Source of the DNA: Rhynchobatus australiae
Lineage: Eukaryota
Length of the DNA stretch: 63,735 nt
Reading direction: 5' to 3'
NCBI GenBank assembly: GCA_034780895.1
Contig: JAUZTB010000076.1
Span: 108,759,650-108,823,384 of the forward strand
The notes beneath the pieces were generated by a model. It searched no databases, was not told where the DNA came from, and was given only the letters and a program-made list of their open reading frames with translations. Below, one piece after another: positions 51,950-63,735 of the stretch (position 1 is its first letter; the number at the start of each line of letters is the position of its first letter). The position numbers and the translations under genes are program-made.

Positions 51950-52480
51950 CCCATCTTTCCCACCCTTCGCACTCTGAAGCGCAGAGCCCCCTCCTCCTGC
52001 CGTGCCTGCATGGCCGGTGATTGCCGGCTCCGGGACCAGGCTGGAGTAGTGCACATGATGCAATACCGTGTGGTGTGCAGGACCAAGCGGGGCAGGACGG
52101 CTCGGCTCCTCGCTCTCAGCCCGCCCCCTCCCGCACTTCACACTCACCTAACGGAGGGCTGGAGACGTTCACGGATAGACTCAAAGCCATCTGCTGTGCC
52201 GTTGATCACCGCAGCCTCAGTGACAGCTGCCACCGTCCTCCTCCAGCTGCTCCTCTCCGAAATCGCTCCCGCGATGAAACGAAAGTGACTACTTCCGAGC
52301 GCCACAGCGTCAGCCTTCCCCCCACGGCCGCTGCTTCCGGCAACCTCCCACTCACCTCCACTGCCCAGTCATCGCAGCATCCTTCCAGCTGGCCTGCTCT
52401 GCAAAGCTTCGTCTAATCTGTTGTTGAAACCACGAAATTTAAAAGTACGGGAATAACAGCGAGGGCCTATTTACAACCGC
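51950..52480 (-). promoter_or_regulatory. CpG-island promoter / 5' UTR of EPRS1 with ETS (GABP/ELK-type) motifs
   Basis: Only extended GC/CpG-rich stretch in the window, spanning exon 1; CGGAAGT (minus) at 52291-52297 and CCGGAAGC at 52333-52340; no TATA box seen. Confidence 0.85.
52148..52190 (-). CDS. EPRS1: EPRS1 exon 1 coding part (MALSLSVNVSSPPL-G)
   Basis: ATG at 52190-52188 inside a CpG island; donor G|gtgagt; resembles human MATLSLTVNSGDPPLG. Confidence 0.93.
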
Positions 52481-52704
52481 ATTTTGATTTTTAGGTGGAA
52501 ANNNNNNNNNNNAGCAGTATTTTGCAGTCTGCCACGTATTAGCCTAAAACAAACTGAAGAGGCCAGGCTGGGGAGGGGAGAGGGGAGAGGAGAGAGGTAG
52601 GCATTGGTTCAGATGTTAGTCGTTGTAGTGTTTGATGAGCACGTACTCGCGTATCATACATTACAGAAGCCTGTGAACAAGTAGACTTCCAAATTCAAAA
52701 CGTA

Positions 52705-53992
52705 GACTCATAGAGTAGTACAGCCTAGAAACAGGCCTTCTGCCTACCGCCTCGCTGCCGATCATCATGCCTATCTGTACTAATCCTACTTGCCTGAATT
52801 ATTAGTTCCATATCCCTTATGCCTTGCTCATTAAAGTACCTCTTAAATGTTGTTACTCTTCCTGCCTGCACTGATTTGAGATACCAACTACGAAAAACTT
52901 ACTCCTCAGATCCCCTTTAAACCTCCTCCTCATCATAAACATATACCCTCCAGTCACCCTTTCCACAGGAAACAGATTCTTGTTATCTACCCAATTTATG
53001 CATCTCATAAGTTTATGTACCTCTAACATGTCGCCTCTCAGCATTCTTTGTTCCAAGGAAAACAAATCCAACCAATCCTATCTTTCCTTATAACTCCTTA
53101 TATCTCTGTAAAATCTAGACAACATTCTTGTGAATCTTTTCTGCACCCACTCTTGCTTAATCACATTTTTCCCGCAGTATGGCAACCAGAACCACACGCA
53201 AAGTGCGGACTAAGGACTTGTACGAGTACAACATGATGTCTCAACTCTTGTACTCATTGCCTCAGCCAATGAAGGTGGCAAACACGTTCTGCACCTTCTT
53301 CACCACCTTATCTACCTGTGTTGCCACTTTCAGGGAACTATGTACTTGTATCCCTTGGCGTCCCTGTTCAAAACACTCCCCAAGGCCCTGTCTTGCACTG
53401 TGTATATCCTACCCTGGTTTAACTTCCCAAAATGCATCACTTCTCACTTGTCTGAGTTAAATTCCATCTGCCATTCCTTTATCCACTTTTCCAGTTGATC
53501 TAGAAACTGTTGCAACTTGAGACAGCCTTGTTCAGTGTCCACTCTACCACCAATTTTGCAAACTTACTAGTCATGCCACCTTCATTCTCATCCAAATCAT
53601 TCATCTATATAGCATCATAGATACAGGCCCTTTGGCCCAACAAGTCCAAGCTAACCACTGTGCCCACCCATCTTGTCCCAATTTCCTGCATTCGGCCCAT
53701 ATCCCTCTAAACCCCGCCCCTGCATATACCTATCCAAGTGCTTTTTAAATAATATTATCGTACCTGCCTCAACCACTATAAGACAAAAAGCAGAGGACCG
53801 AGCACCAATCCCTGCACATCACTGGCCACAGGCCTCCAATATGAAAAACACTTCCACTACCACCGTCTGCCTCCTACCACCAAGCCAATATTGTATCCAA
53901 TTGGCTAGCTCACCCTGGATCCCATGCATTCTAACCTGAACCAGCCTACCATGCAGGACCTTGTCAAAGGCCTTGCTAACATCCATGTAGAC
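52705..53992 (-). mobile_element. CR1 LINE remnant with a nested CR1 tail, immediately upstream of the EPRS1 promoter
   Basis: ORFs 52853-53071 and 53819-54079 (VYMDVSKAFDKVLHGRL); second tail at 53610-53775. Confidence 0.85.
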
Positions 53993-54159
53993 GGTGTTTC
54001 TTTTGTTGCTGGTTTTGTAACACACTTTATCCCAGTGCAGAGAGAAGAAGATTTGTAATGAGTGACAGGGTACTGGCAAGGGGATATGGTCAGTTCACCA
54101 GACAGAGAACCAAATAATGATACATGCTACTGCAGATGCAAGTTTTCGCTCAACAAGTA

Positions 54160-55850
54160 GCTGCTTTATGAATTTGCAGATGTGTTCGGTGGACTTGGAA
54201 AGTTAAAGGGAAAATATCTTCAAGATCTAGATGAGACTAAGTAACCAGTCATTTATCCTCCAAGACATGTTCCAGTAGCTGGCAAAGAGAAAGTGAAACT
54301 GAACTTGGAAGACTGGCAAAGCCAGAGATCATTGAACTTGTAAACACTCCTCTTCCTGGTACATGAGGCTGAGTGTGTATTAAAAAAAATCAAACAAACT
54401 GGGTTTGGATCCATAGGATCTTAATAAGACACCAAGGGGGAAGCATTATCCAATTAATTGAAATATAATTAATTGAAAGATAATTGAAGTTATCCTGCAG
54501 GATCTAAGCAGAGTAAAAGTCTTCAGTGTGATGAATGTCAATTATGGACTTTGCTATGTGGAACAGTGAGAATTGCTTTCTAATGAACTCCAACACAGGC
54601 CTTGGGATTTGTCTGAGGCTGAGAAAGTGCATTAGGGAAGGCTGGATAAGGACCCCTAAAGAATTTGTTGATGTAAGCATAACATTCTTGCCTTTGGAGA
54701 AGATAGACACAAATAGACACGACTAAAAGTTGAGATCCTCAATGAAGGGATGCAGAAAGAAATAGTTGAAGTATGACATTTTTTAATTAAAAAATTGAAG
54801 TTCAAACTGAAGAATGTTTCCACCAAGGATCATATGGTGACCACAAAAAGTCTTAGATCAAGTCCAGCAAACCAGGTCATTGATGCAGTACTGGAAATGC
54901 TAAGCCTGACAGCAGTTGTTGGGATCCAGAGTTTCATAGCATTTATCAACATTCCTCCTCCATCTGAGTGTGTCACTGAGGCATTTGATAAAGAGAGCTA
55001 TTAAATGCTGTTGGATAGACATCATGAGCAAACAATCCAAAGAATCAAAGCAATAGTCAAACCAGAACCACTGCTACACTGCTTCAAAGACAGGAAAGAA
55101 CTGACTCTGCAAGCAGATGCCTTTGGTTTTGGGGAAGCAATCATTGCAAAATAGCCAACACATAGCATACTCAAGTAAAACTCTGAGCTATTCTTAAACT
55201 GAAAGGAGCTTCTTGCTGTGACATTTTAGTTCGAGATGTTCTGCTGGTACACATTTGGAAACTGATCACAAATCTCTTGGCATGATTAATGATAAGGGAC
55301 CTACACCAAGACCTAAAGGAGACTGCTGTGACTGCTTCTGGGCATGCAGACATTTGATACACAATTTGCCTCCTCTCCAGGAAATAAAATATAAATAACA
55401 ATTACACTGACTCATGCATTTCTTCCTGCAGAAAAGGTAAATTGCAGACACAAAGAATTGGATCTCCTTATTATAATGTCATCAATGAAGAAGCCACAGT
55501 CAAGCTCATCATATTATACAGTGCTGCAAGAATTGCATGGTTATTATGAGAGAATGGCCAGAGAAGTGGCAGGGACTCACAGTCTTGCCTTGTAACTTCA
55601 ACATTCAAAATGAATTCAGCACTTCTGAGCAATTGCTTTTCAGAGGTGGAAGATTGGTGGAATCAAAATCTATCAAGAAAGAAATGTTAAAGTGTATTTA
55701 CTCATCCCTTAGGAACAGATAGGGTGTATGAGGACAGCTTTTGAAACCCTGTACTGGCCTCTTGCAATGAAAGCAGAACTGAAAAACCTAATGAAAGTGT
55801 GATGTGCGTATATCTATGGAGACAAGTCAACAGAAAATGTGAAGTAGCAA
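54160..55850 (+). mobile_element. Highly decayed Ty3/Gypsy (Mag-like) pol remnant
   Basis: Frame-broken DVFGGLGKLKG..PVIYPPRHVPVA, LDP*DLNK..KHYP, DLSRVKVFSVM (RT); ELTLQADA..HIAYSSKTL (RNase H); KEMLKCIYSS..LYWP (integrase zinc-binding region); no LTRs recognised. Confidence 0.75.
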
Positions 55851-56209
55851 TGTCTAATGGTAATTATGAAACATATCCCTATCTCTATCATTACTGTCAA
55901 GTCAGATCATTAACTCTGGTTCAGTGAGGGGTTCAGAAGAACCTGCTGGAAACAGGCATACTGAAAAATGATGACGTGTCAGCTTAATGAAGCTACCCAC
56001 AGGACTATCTGTATGCAACAGACAGAGCCAAGCAATCTCACAACCAACTGATCAGATCAAAGTTCTGCAGCCCATCCCATCCAGACAAGAATGGCAAGGG
56101 ACGATTAAACAGCTAACAGAAGAAGGCTTTGAGACTACCCCTATCCCCATCGATGGTGGGGAGCAGTATGTGAGAGCTGAAGGCTGAAGCAGTCACAACC
56201 ATGTCCAAC

Positions 56210-57010
56210 CATAAGTGCCAAACCTGGGCTTCGTCCTGATATTCTCACCATCACATTAGCCAGTATTCAGTCAATTTGATTCACTCCACATGATATCTAG
56301 AAATGGTTGGGAGCACTGGATACAGGAAAGGCTACAAAACCACTAACAACCAGCTGTAGAACTGAAGACTGCACCCCAAGCCAAGCTGTGTCAGTACAGT
56401 TACAACAATAGCATCTGCCTGACAATGTGGTGTGTCTTGCTCACAAAAAGAGTAAGATAAATCCAGTTTAGCTAATTACTGCTCCATCACTCTACTATCA
56501 GTCAAAGAGATGGAAGTTGTTGTCAACAGTGCAAGAAAGAGGCACTCACTCACCAATAACCTACTTGGTGTTGCCCAGTTTTTGTTTCACCAGGACCACT
56601 TGGCTCCAGACATCAATACACCTTGGTCCAAACATTAGACCGAAGAACTGAATTCCAGAGGTGAGGTGAGAATGACAAGGCAACATTTGATCAAACACGC
56701 GATCAAGGAACCTTGAAAAAAACTGACATAATCGCATCAGAGGGAAAACATTCTATTAGTTGGAGTCATTCCTTGCTTGAAGGAAGATAGTGTGGCTGTA
56801 AGAGAGAACATCACTGCAAGAGTTCCTCGTGACATTGTCCTAGACTCAACCATTTTCAGGTGTTTTATCGATGGCCTTCCTTCCATTGTAAGGTCAGAAA
56901 TGGAGACGTTTACTGACAATTGCACAATGTTCAATTCCATTTGCAATTCCTCAGCAAACAAACCAATTCATGCCTGCCTGCAGCAAAACCTAGACCACAT
57001 TATGTCATGG
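56210..57010 (+). mobile_element. CR1-group LINE RT fragment (family of 10205-11218)
   Basis: ORF 56777 (VPRDIVLDSTIFRCFIDGLPSIVRSEMETFTDNCT). Confidence 0.75.
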
Positions 57011-57640
57011 ATTGAGGATAGAGAGGTCAGAAATGGAGTGGGAGTGGTACAGGGAATTAAAGTGACAGGAGACCAGAAGCTCAGAATCATGCTTGCTATA
57101 GAATGGAACTGTTTTGCAAAGCAGTCATATAATCTGTATTGGTTTCTCCAATGTAGAGGCAGCCATATTATGAGCACGATACNNNNNNNNNNNNNNNNNN
57201 NNNNNNNNNNNNNNNNNNNNNNNNNNNNNNNNNNNNNNNNNNNNNNNNNNNNNNNNNNNNNNNNNNNNNNNNNNNNNNNNNNACAATATACTCAATTATA
57301 AGAAATGCAAATGAACTGCTGCTTCAGCTTGAAATGCTATTAGGGTCCCTGGATGGTGAAAGGGAAGAGGTGAAAGGACATGTGTTGTATCTCATGGGAG
57401 TGGTTGGTGGAGATGGAAGAGCAAACCAAGGAGTCACACAAGAAAATGTCACTTCATAATTGTGAAAAGGCAGAAGTGAGGAAGATGCATCTGGTCGAAG
57501 GTAGAAAAGATTATGCAGGATGATCATTAAATGTGGAGGCTGGTAAGGTAGGTGGTGAAGATGAGGAAACTTGTTCCTTGCTCCAACAGGGAGGAGCGGA
57601 AGGCAGAAGTGAGGGACATAGAAATGGTCCAGAGCCCTGT
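57010..57640 (-). mobile_element. Penelope-like element GIY-YIG endonuclease remnant
   Basis: Minus strand NTCPFTSS...GP, then CLYIGET..RL.DCFA..., CHFNS..HSHS (frameshifted), typical of Penelope endonuclease domains. Confidence 0.75.
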
Positions 57641-60231
57641 CAATTATTTTGTTTTGCTCCAAATATTATTTACTTAGCTTTTGACACAAATGGTGGAAAC
57701 AGTGCACAGAGGGAGGTTGTCTAACAATTGATAGTTCAACAGGAATTGATTCTGACAGAAGTAGCAAAGGAATAGTAACTGAAGCCTACAAAAGAAAATG
57801 AAAATTTAAAAATGTGTGGAAGTAAGAGACTGATCAATATATCAATGCAAATTGTGCCAATGAATTTAAAGTAACCACTGCAATATATCTGGAAAAGATA
57901 ATAAAATGATGAAGCTTTTAGAAAGTATAATGTTTGGAAACTAATAAAATAACAGCAGACATCCAGTCAGGATTTATCGTAAGCCAATTCTTATTTGACC
58001 AATAGAAATTTATCTGAATAATTGACCTAATTAGGGAAAGGCAGGATATATGAATCTTCAAAATTGCATACAATGATTCCATACATCCAAGTGTATGGTA
58101 AAAGAAACATAAAATTAATTGATAGATAGGAAACAAGAAGCCACTATTCCATCATGGGGCCATACAAAACTTACAATATAGAAGGATACTCAGCTCGCTA
58201 TGACAGCCTGTTGAAACAGAGCCCAACCTTTCCTTTGAGCAATTCGTTAGTAATTCTGCAGGTCACAGCTCCTCAAATACACATTCGAGTACTTTATATA
58301 ACACTTCCACCACACTTTCAAGGATTGAGTTCAAAACCCCTAACATTATTTCCTCTTCTCCCCTCTAATCCTTTGACTAATTACTTTAAATCTAGTTTTG
58401 CACATCTACTCAAAATTTTATACAGCTTAACTGTATAAAATCACCCATACAATTTCAAAAGTCTTCAAATCCTCCTGCACCATTCCCAGAGCCAGGAAAG
58501 ATTGAATTAGCTTTCTTGCACCTTACATATCTTTCAGATCTATTGATTTATTCAGTTTTAAAGATGCTCAGCCCTTTAATACTGCCTCTTGTGCCAGATT
58601 ATTCCATCCAATAATGCACTCATCCTCCTTAACTACAACATAATTCCCCTCTTTTTTGTGAGGGCAACTGCAAAACAATTCTAGCTCATCCAGTCTTTCC
58701 TCACATCTACAAATTTTTCAGCTCTGGCAATGAGGAATTTCATAATCCACTTCTCTCATCACCACGGTAGTTCTTGAGATGAGAAGCACACCATGTTTTC
58801 CAGAACCTTGCCTTTATTATTGGGAGGGCAGTGTTGTTTGCTGAGACCTGTATTGTGTGGGTATTGAGCACATAGCTGATGCTCATGTATGAGTTGGTGA
58901 ACAAATCCATGACACCACATATAGACAAGAGGTCAACATTGAGGTTGGTGTGAACTTAGTTCTCAAGTGCAGTTGCTTTATATTGAATAGTTTCCCCATT
59001 TGTTCTGAAGAGGTTTCTTTCTAATGGCAGGTCTGTAGGAGAGGAGGTACAGCATCATGTAAAAGATTAAAGAATGAAACAGCCTTATCTGATGCCAGTC
59101 TTCACCAAGAGTGAATCTATTGTAGATCCATCGATTAAAATCATAGTTTGCATGCTATCATGAAAAAAAATACAATCCAGGAGACAAATTTCTGTGTGCA
59201 ACAGAATTTAAGTGCTCCACAGTTTCAATTTCACATAAGTTACTCACTGAGGCTACTCCAACAGGACCTTTCAAATGCACACCTTCAAAGGACAAGGGCA
59301 GCAAAGATGTGGAAATTCCACTATCTGCAGGTTCTCATCCAAATCTTTTTATAGATCTTACAATCCACAACTTTAAGTCTGTACACCCCAGCCTTTGAAC
59401 CATCCCATTAATGGTAATAGCTTCTGCCCCATTTCCATGAGGGTAAAATTTTAAATGATCATTTAGTGTCTCCAAGTAAATTGTTTGATTCTTAAAATTG
59501 CATCTGTTGTGCTTTAAAAATGCTGGCACCCATTTAAAAACCAAACCCATCTAAGTTCTGCTGAGGAAGCTTGTAGGTTAAGGTCTCACTGGAGTTCATT
59601 GGTGTCCACTGATATTCGTTCTTTGTAACTTCCAAATTCTCACTCAGTATTTTCTTAAATTAAAACTTAGGCAGAAGTAGTTCACCTCAGATGTCCCCAA
59701 ATGCCAATTCAAATTGTTCCACAACTGTACAATTTCAATAAGTGGCAATCTCAAATGAAATCAGAGATCCTTGCATGACTTAACATTAATTGGAATTGCA
59801 GCTAGACATTTTGGAATTCAGATCAATATTAAATCAATATTTATTAACAGATGCCTTGAGATGTACTAGTGTATTAAAGTTACTTCACAAATTAAAAAAT
59901 TAGTAAAATGATCCAAGGCACCTACTTAGAGTGTTATTAAACAGAATCTGACACACAGCTGGTGAGGAGCTACCAGGGTAGAGTAGCAGGTTTTAAGAAA
60001 TGCCTTAAAAGATGAAAGAGGAAGGTTTGCCTAGGGCGTATAAAAATTATGGCCTTAGTATCCAAAGGCCACTGCCACAAATGCCAGCAGTGCTGAAGGA
60101 TGAAAAAGACNNNNNNNNNNNNNNNNNNNNNNNNNNNNNNNNNNNNNNNNNNNNNNNNNNNNNNNNNNNAGCAGCATTGAAGATCAATTACCTTACTAAG
60201 TAAGAGAGAATAATTCCCAGAGAGTAATAAT

Positions 60232-60237
60232 TTTATT
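60232..60237 (-). terminator. Candidate BPNT1 polyadenylation signal AATAAA
   Basis: tttatt on the plus strand ~45 nt after the stop; a second copy at 59840-59845; usage unknown. Confidence 0.45.
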
Positions 60238-60282
60238 TGAAAAAGTACACAAAATTAAACGAATATTCTGATTCCCACATTT

Positions 60283-60431
60283 TTATGGGACTAGGGCCAT
60301 TTTAACAGTATCAGGAACACGGCTTGCATAATAGTCAAAATTCCTCAAAGTTGCAAGGACTCCAGCTGAGTTTGCATGCTTCACATCTTTATGATACTGG
60401 AAAGAATTCCCATGAATGTCTGTCAATTTAC
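60283..60431 (-). CDS. BPNT1: BPNT1 last coding exon ([49 protein letters not shown])
   Basis: ctttag acceptor, TAA at 60285-60283; matches the vertebrate BPNT1 C-terminus; not in the ORF track. Confidence 0.97.
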
Positions 60432-61950
60432 CTAAAGAATGCAAAGAATTACATTTAAAAAGGTGGCCAGAACAAAAAGACAGCTCTGATTTAAGTAATT
60501 AGTGTCGCAAGCATTTAAATAGCTGACAGACAATATCTCACTATTAGAATCTTTATTGGATTCAAATAATAACATTTGAGTTTTAAGTACCAGCATACAT
60601 GCAGCATTCCTCTTGCCTATTAAATTACACCTGCTTTTTGAAAACAGTCCTCAAAGAAACTCCTTTGCAGAGTTGATATTACATTGGCATTTATCACACG
60701 GGTGGCACAAAAGGAATCTCAAAATGCTATCTTCCAGAGGCTTGTCATCAGTGAACTCTGAAGTAAAATCACCAGTTATACAAGTAGTGGGATTGAATCT
60801 ATACCAACAGTAGATGGCTGCACCTGAATAACTAGATTCATTTTCACTTTCTAAAATTAAACATTTCACTCAATTTGCAGCCATTCAATGATTGGAACGG
60901 GGTTAAGAGGAATTTTCCAACTGCCTTCTTGTTCATCTGGTACATCGGTTTCCTCAATAAACCAAGGTTGTTGAGAGCTCTACCTTGGAAAAGTTCACTT
61001 ACGGTTATATCAAGTTAATCAAAATATGCCCAGAAATTATTCCTACCATTTTTATATGAACATGGTTGAGAATAACATAATACAAACCAAAGGTGAAATT
61101 TCTGAGTTTTCCCTTCTTAAAATTTGAAATGAAGCTTATTCAGATCTTCATACAAAATTAATGAAATAATCTACATATGAAAATGTGATTTTAAGATGGA
61201 AAGTTCACCTAATATTGATATAGAAGAACAAGGAAAAAAAGACAAATAAAAGCTCAAAATTGAGCTATTTAAGAAAATTTAGTAGAATTATTGGCTTTGG
61301 GGATGGTACAATATAAAAATCTTTGTGTAACTGAAAATTACATCAGTAAAGAAGTCCAGAATAAGATTACAAAATAACATAATAATTTGCATCATTGAGA
61401 TGAACCAAGTTGGAAATATTCATATACATAGGAAGGGGAGTAGAGTATTGCATCTGCAGAATTCACTCCTTATGTCAATTATGCCATGTAGTCATATACA
61501 GGATCAGTGCTTGCTATGACTGATTATACACACAGTAAGGGGAACCCCGGTAAGATACTGAACAAATATGAACCAGTTGGCCATGGCTGTCCAAAGTTGG
61601 TGGGGGGAGGGGAAGAAGCAACATGATGTCATTCTTGTAAAACAGTGATGATTATATTGAATTCAACAGTGNNNNNNNNGGCTGACACATTGGTCAAGTT
61701 CAAGAGATTGTAGGATGAGCATATGGAGGAATTTAAAAGAGGGATATGTGGGAGGAAGGAGTTAGATAGTCTTAGGCATGGTTTGAAGGTCAGCACAACA
61801 TGGGTGGGCTGAAGGGCCTGTATTGTTCTATGGAGATTACTGAGAGATCTGGCACAGAGTTATATTCTTTGCATCACTCTAAAATAAACCCAAAAGGAGC
61901 TATTTGATTTTGCGTTTGGTTCCAATGAACCAATTCATAGACATACCTAC

Positions 61951-62056
61951 CTGAAACAGCATGAAGGATAGCTTCAGGGGCACAAGTGTCCCATTTCTGA
62001 CAGCCCTGACTAGCAAATATATAAGCTGAAGCCTTCCCTTCTATAAGTTGTAAGAC
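61951..62056 (-). CDS. BPNT1: BPNT1 penultimate coding exon ([36 protein letters not shown])
   Basis: ORF 61874-62062; WDTCA motif; atgcag / gtaggt; 106 nt. Confidence 0.97.
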
Positions 62057-62402
62057 CTGCATGAATGGAAAAAAAAATCACAGGTTTAAAAAAGGAGGCA
62101 CAATAAAGAAACTTGAAAATAGATTTGTCAATTAATGCATGTTACTTCATACAGTGTGGTATTGGCATGCACAGATTGAAGAAGAGGTGTCCAACAAACA
62201 TTTCATGTGCATGTATAACACAGAAAAACGTGTTAAACTAGATCATTAAGGCATTGCAATAAGGATGCCAAATCTTAGCTGGAGATTAGAAGAGCTGATC
62301 AGAGATGTTGTGGTCTTAAGGATCAGAGAGGTCAAGAGCCAAAAATGATTATAAATTCCAGAGTACAAGGTTATGGTGTAGAAAATGGGATGTGATGAAT
62401 CA

Positions 62403-62625
62403 GGGGTGGCACAGTAGTGTAGCAGTTAGTGCGTCACTATTACAGCGCCAGCAATTGGGGTTCGATTCCCATCGCTGTCTGTAAGGAGTTTGTACGTTCT
62501 CCCGTGACTGCGTGGGTTTCCTCCGGTTTCCTCCCACATTCCAAAGACATACGGGTAGGTTAATATGGGTTTAAAATGAGCAGCGCCAACTCGTTGGGCC
62601 GAAAGGGGCTGTTACCACACTGCAA
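62403..62625 (+). mobile_element. V-domain SINE in a BPNT1 intron
   Basis: ggcacagtagtgtagcagttag, B-box ggttcgattccc, V domain; CR1-like tail gggccgaaggg-like. Confidence 0.88.
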
Positions 62626-63266
62626 GTAAAATTCTTTTAAAAAGTAATGGGAAGTTCAGGGAGGCATTCTAATGCTGGCAGTAATTATAGAGCTGTGGAA
62701 GGAGCAAGGCCACGGAGGATGCAAAACAAAACTGAAAAAAGATGAAAGCTTACCAGTAGTAGAGCCTAGAATTGGTAAGTATAAGAATGAGGGTTTCAGT
62801 AGCACAAGCTAGCAGTATGAGAGGAGAAAGGATACAGGATTATAAACTGAACTCAGTACAATACAATCAAGAATGTAGTCAGGATAAGTGCTGGAATTTG
62901 TATCAAGGGCTGAAATTTAATCTGACAGTGCTCAAGAAGCCAAGTGAGGCATAGAGATGTATGTGTAGAATGTGACCTATGACTATGGATAACGTTGCTG
63001 AAGATAGTTGAAAAGGAGGAAAAAGAACAGAATTCCCATAAAGTTTGGCAAGAGGAAAGGAAATGCTCTCCAACTTCCCCACAAAACTGAAGTTCTGCAT
63101 TCCTGGTACCATTCCCTTATCTCTTCACAATCTCTCCAAGACCTTGAGATAACATGAAGGTGGATACCCAAAAGCAAATGTTGGAACACTAAAAACAAAA
63201 TTTAGGATGGCTTTAAAAATATTAAAAATTTCAACATCAAATCCTCAGATTCTATTCAGCACATAC

Positions 63267-63464
63267 CTTGTTGCCTGCTCCTCCAACTCTTATTACTTCA
63301 TCAACATTAATTGCACTGATACAGTCATTTACCAGCTTGTTGCTGTGGGAACGGGATGTAGTGATAATATGTTTCCCTTCTGGTACTTCTTTCACCTTAA
63401 TTCCAAAGACTCCAAGGTTCAAAACACCCCAAATCGTCCGACCAACTGCAGCATTACCTCCAGC
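63267..63464 (-). CDS. BPNT1: BPNT1 (3'(2'),5'-bisphosphate nucleotidase 1) third-last coding exon ([14 protein letters not shown]...TTSRSHS...RVGGAGNK)
   Basis: ORF 63252-63485; tttcag / gtatgt; 198 nt; GGAG motif of the inositol monophosphatase-like family. Confidence 0.96.
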
Positions 63465-63735
63465 CTGAAAAAAAAATCTGTACAATTTTCTGACACAAAA
63501 ACTTGCAATGTGAAATTCAGCTTCACAACTTTCACTGCAACATGGTACATCTTAAAAAGAAAACTCAAAAGCAAATATTTCCTTGAAAAGCTTTCTTTTA
63601 AATTGAGGAAATTTAAAATAGTCAAACTTTATCCTGGGGAAGGTTACATTTATCAAATCAGGAGCCAATAATTTTGTATTATACAGGAGTGTCATTCGTA
63701 AGGCTGCAATATTGCCATTTGGTGATGTCATACCA

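Noticed and set aside
51941-52416. Plus-strand ORFs of 115 and 131 aa overlapping EPRS1 exon 1
   Set aside because: Expected stop-codon scarcity in a GC-rich island; no recognisable homology

Overview
Vertebrate genomic DNA from a gapped draft assembly. The repeat content (CR1/HER1-type LINEs, V-domain tRNA SINEs, Rex1/Babar, RTE, L2, Penelope-derived elements) suggests a cartilaginous fish. The window holds the 5' two-thirds of EPRS1 (glutamyl-prolyl-tRNA synthetase) on the minus strand. Its 21 GT-AG exons run from 52190 down to 2026 and join in frame to 3078 nt / 1026 codons: GST-like domain, GluRS with HIGH and VLSKR motifs, three WHEP repeats and the start of ProRS. A CpG-island promoter lies at about 52.0-52.5 kb. 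The last three coding exons of BPNT1 (minus strand, stop at 60283) lie upstream, in the same tandem order as in mammals. Introns and the ~8 kb intergenic interval are mostly decayed retroelements. The unexplained signals most worth checking are: two ~175-nt self-complementary intronic segments starting 20-30 nt after EPRS1 donors (introns 13 and 20); degenerate hammerhead-ribozyme cores in Penelope-derived elements; a 35-nt copy of the exon-10 donor region inside intron 9; and a SINE tail that creates a competing donor 5 nt from exon 9. Transposon boundaries are approximate, and all structure and family calls were made by eye.
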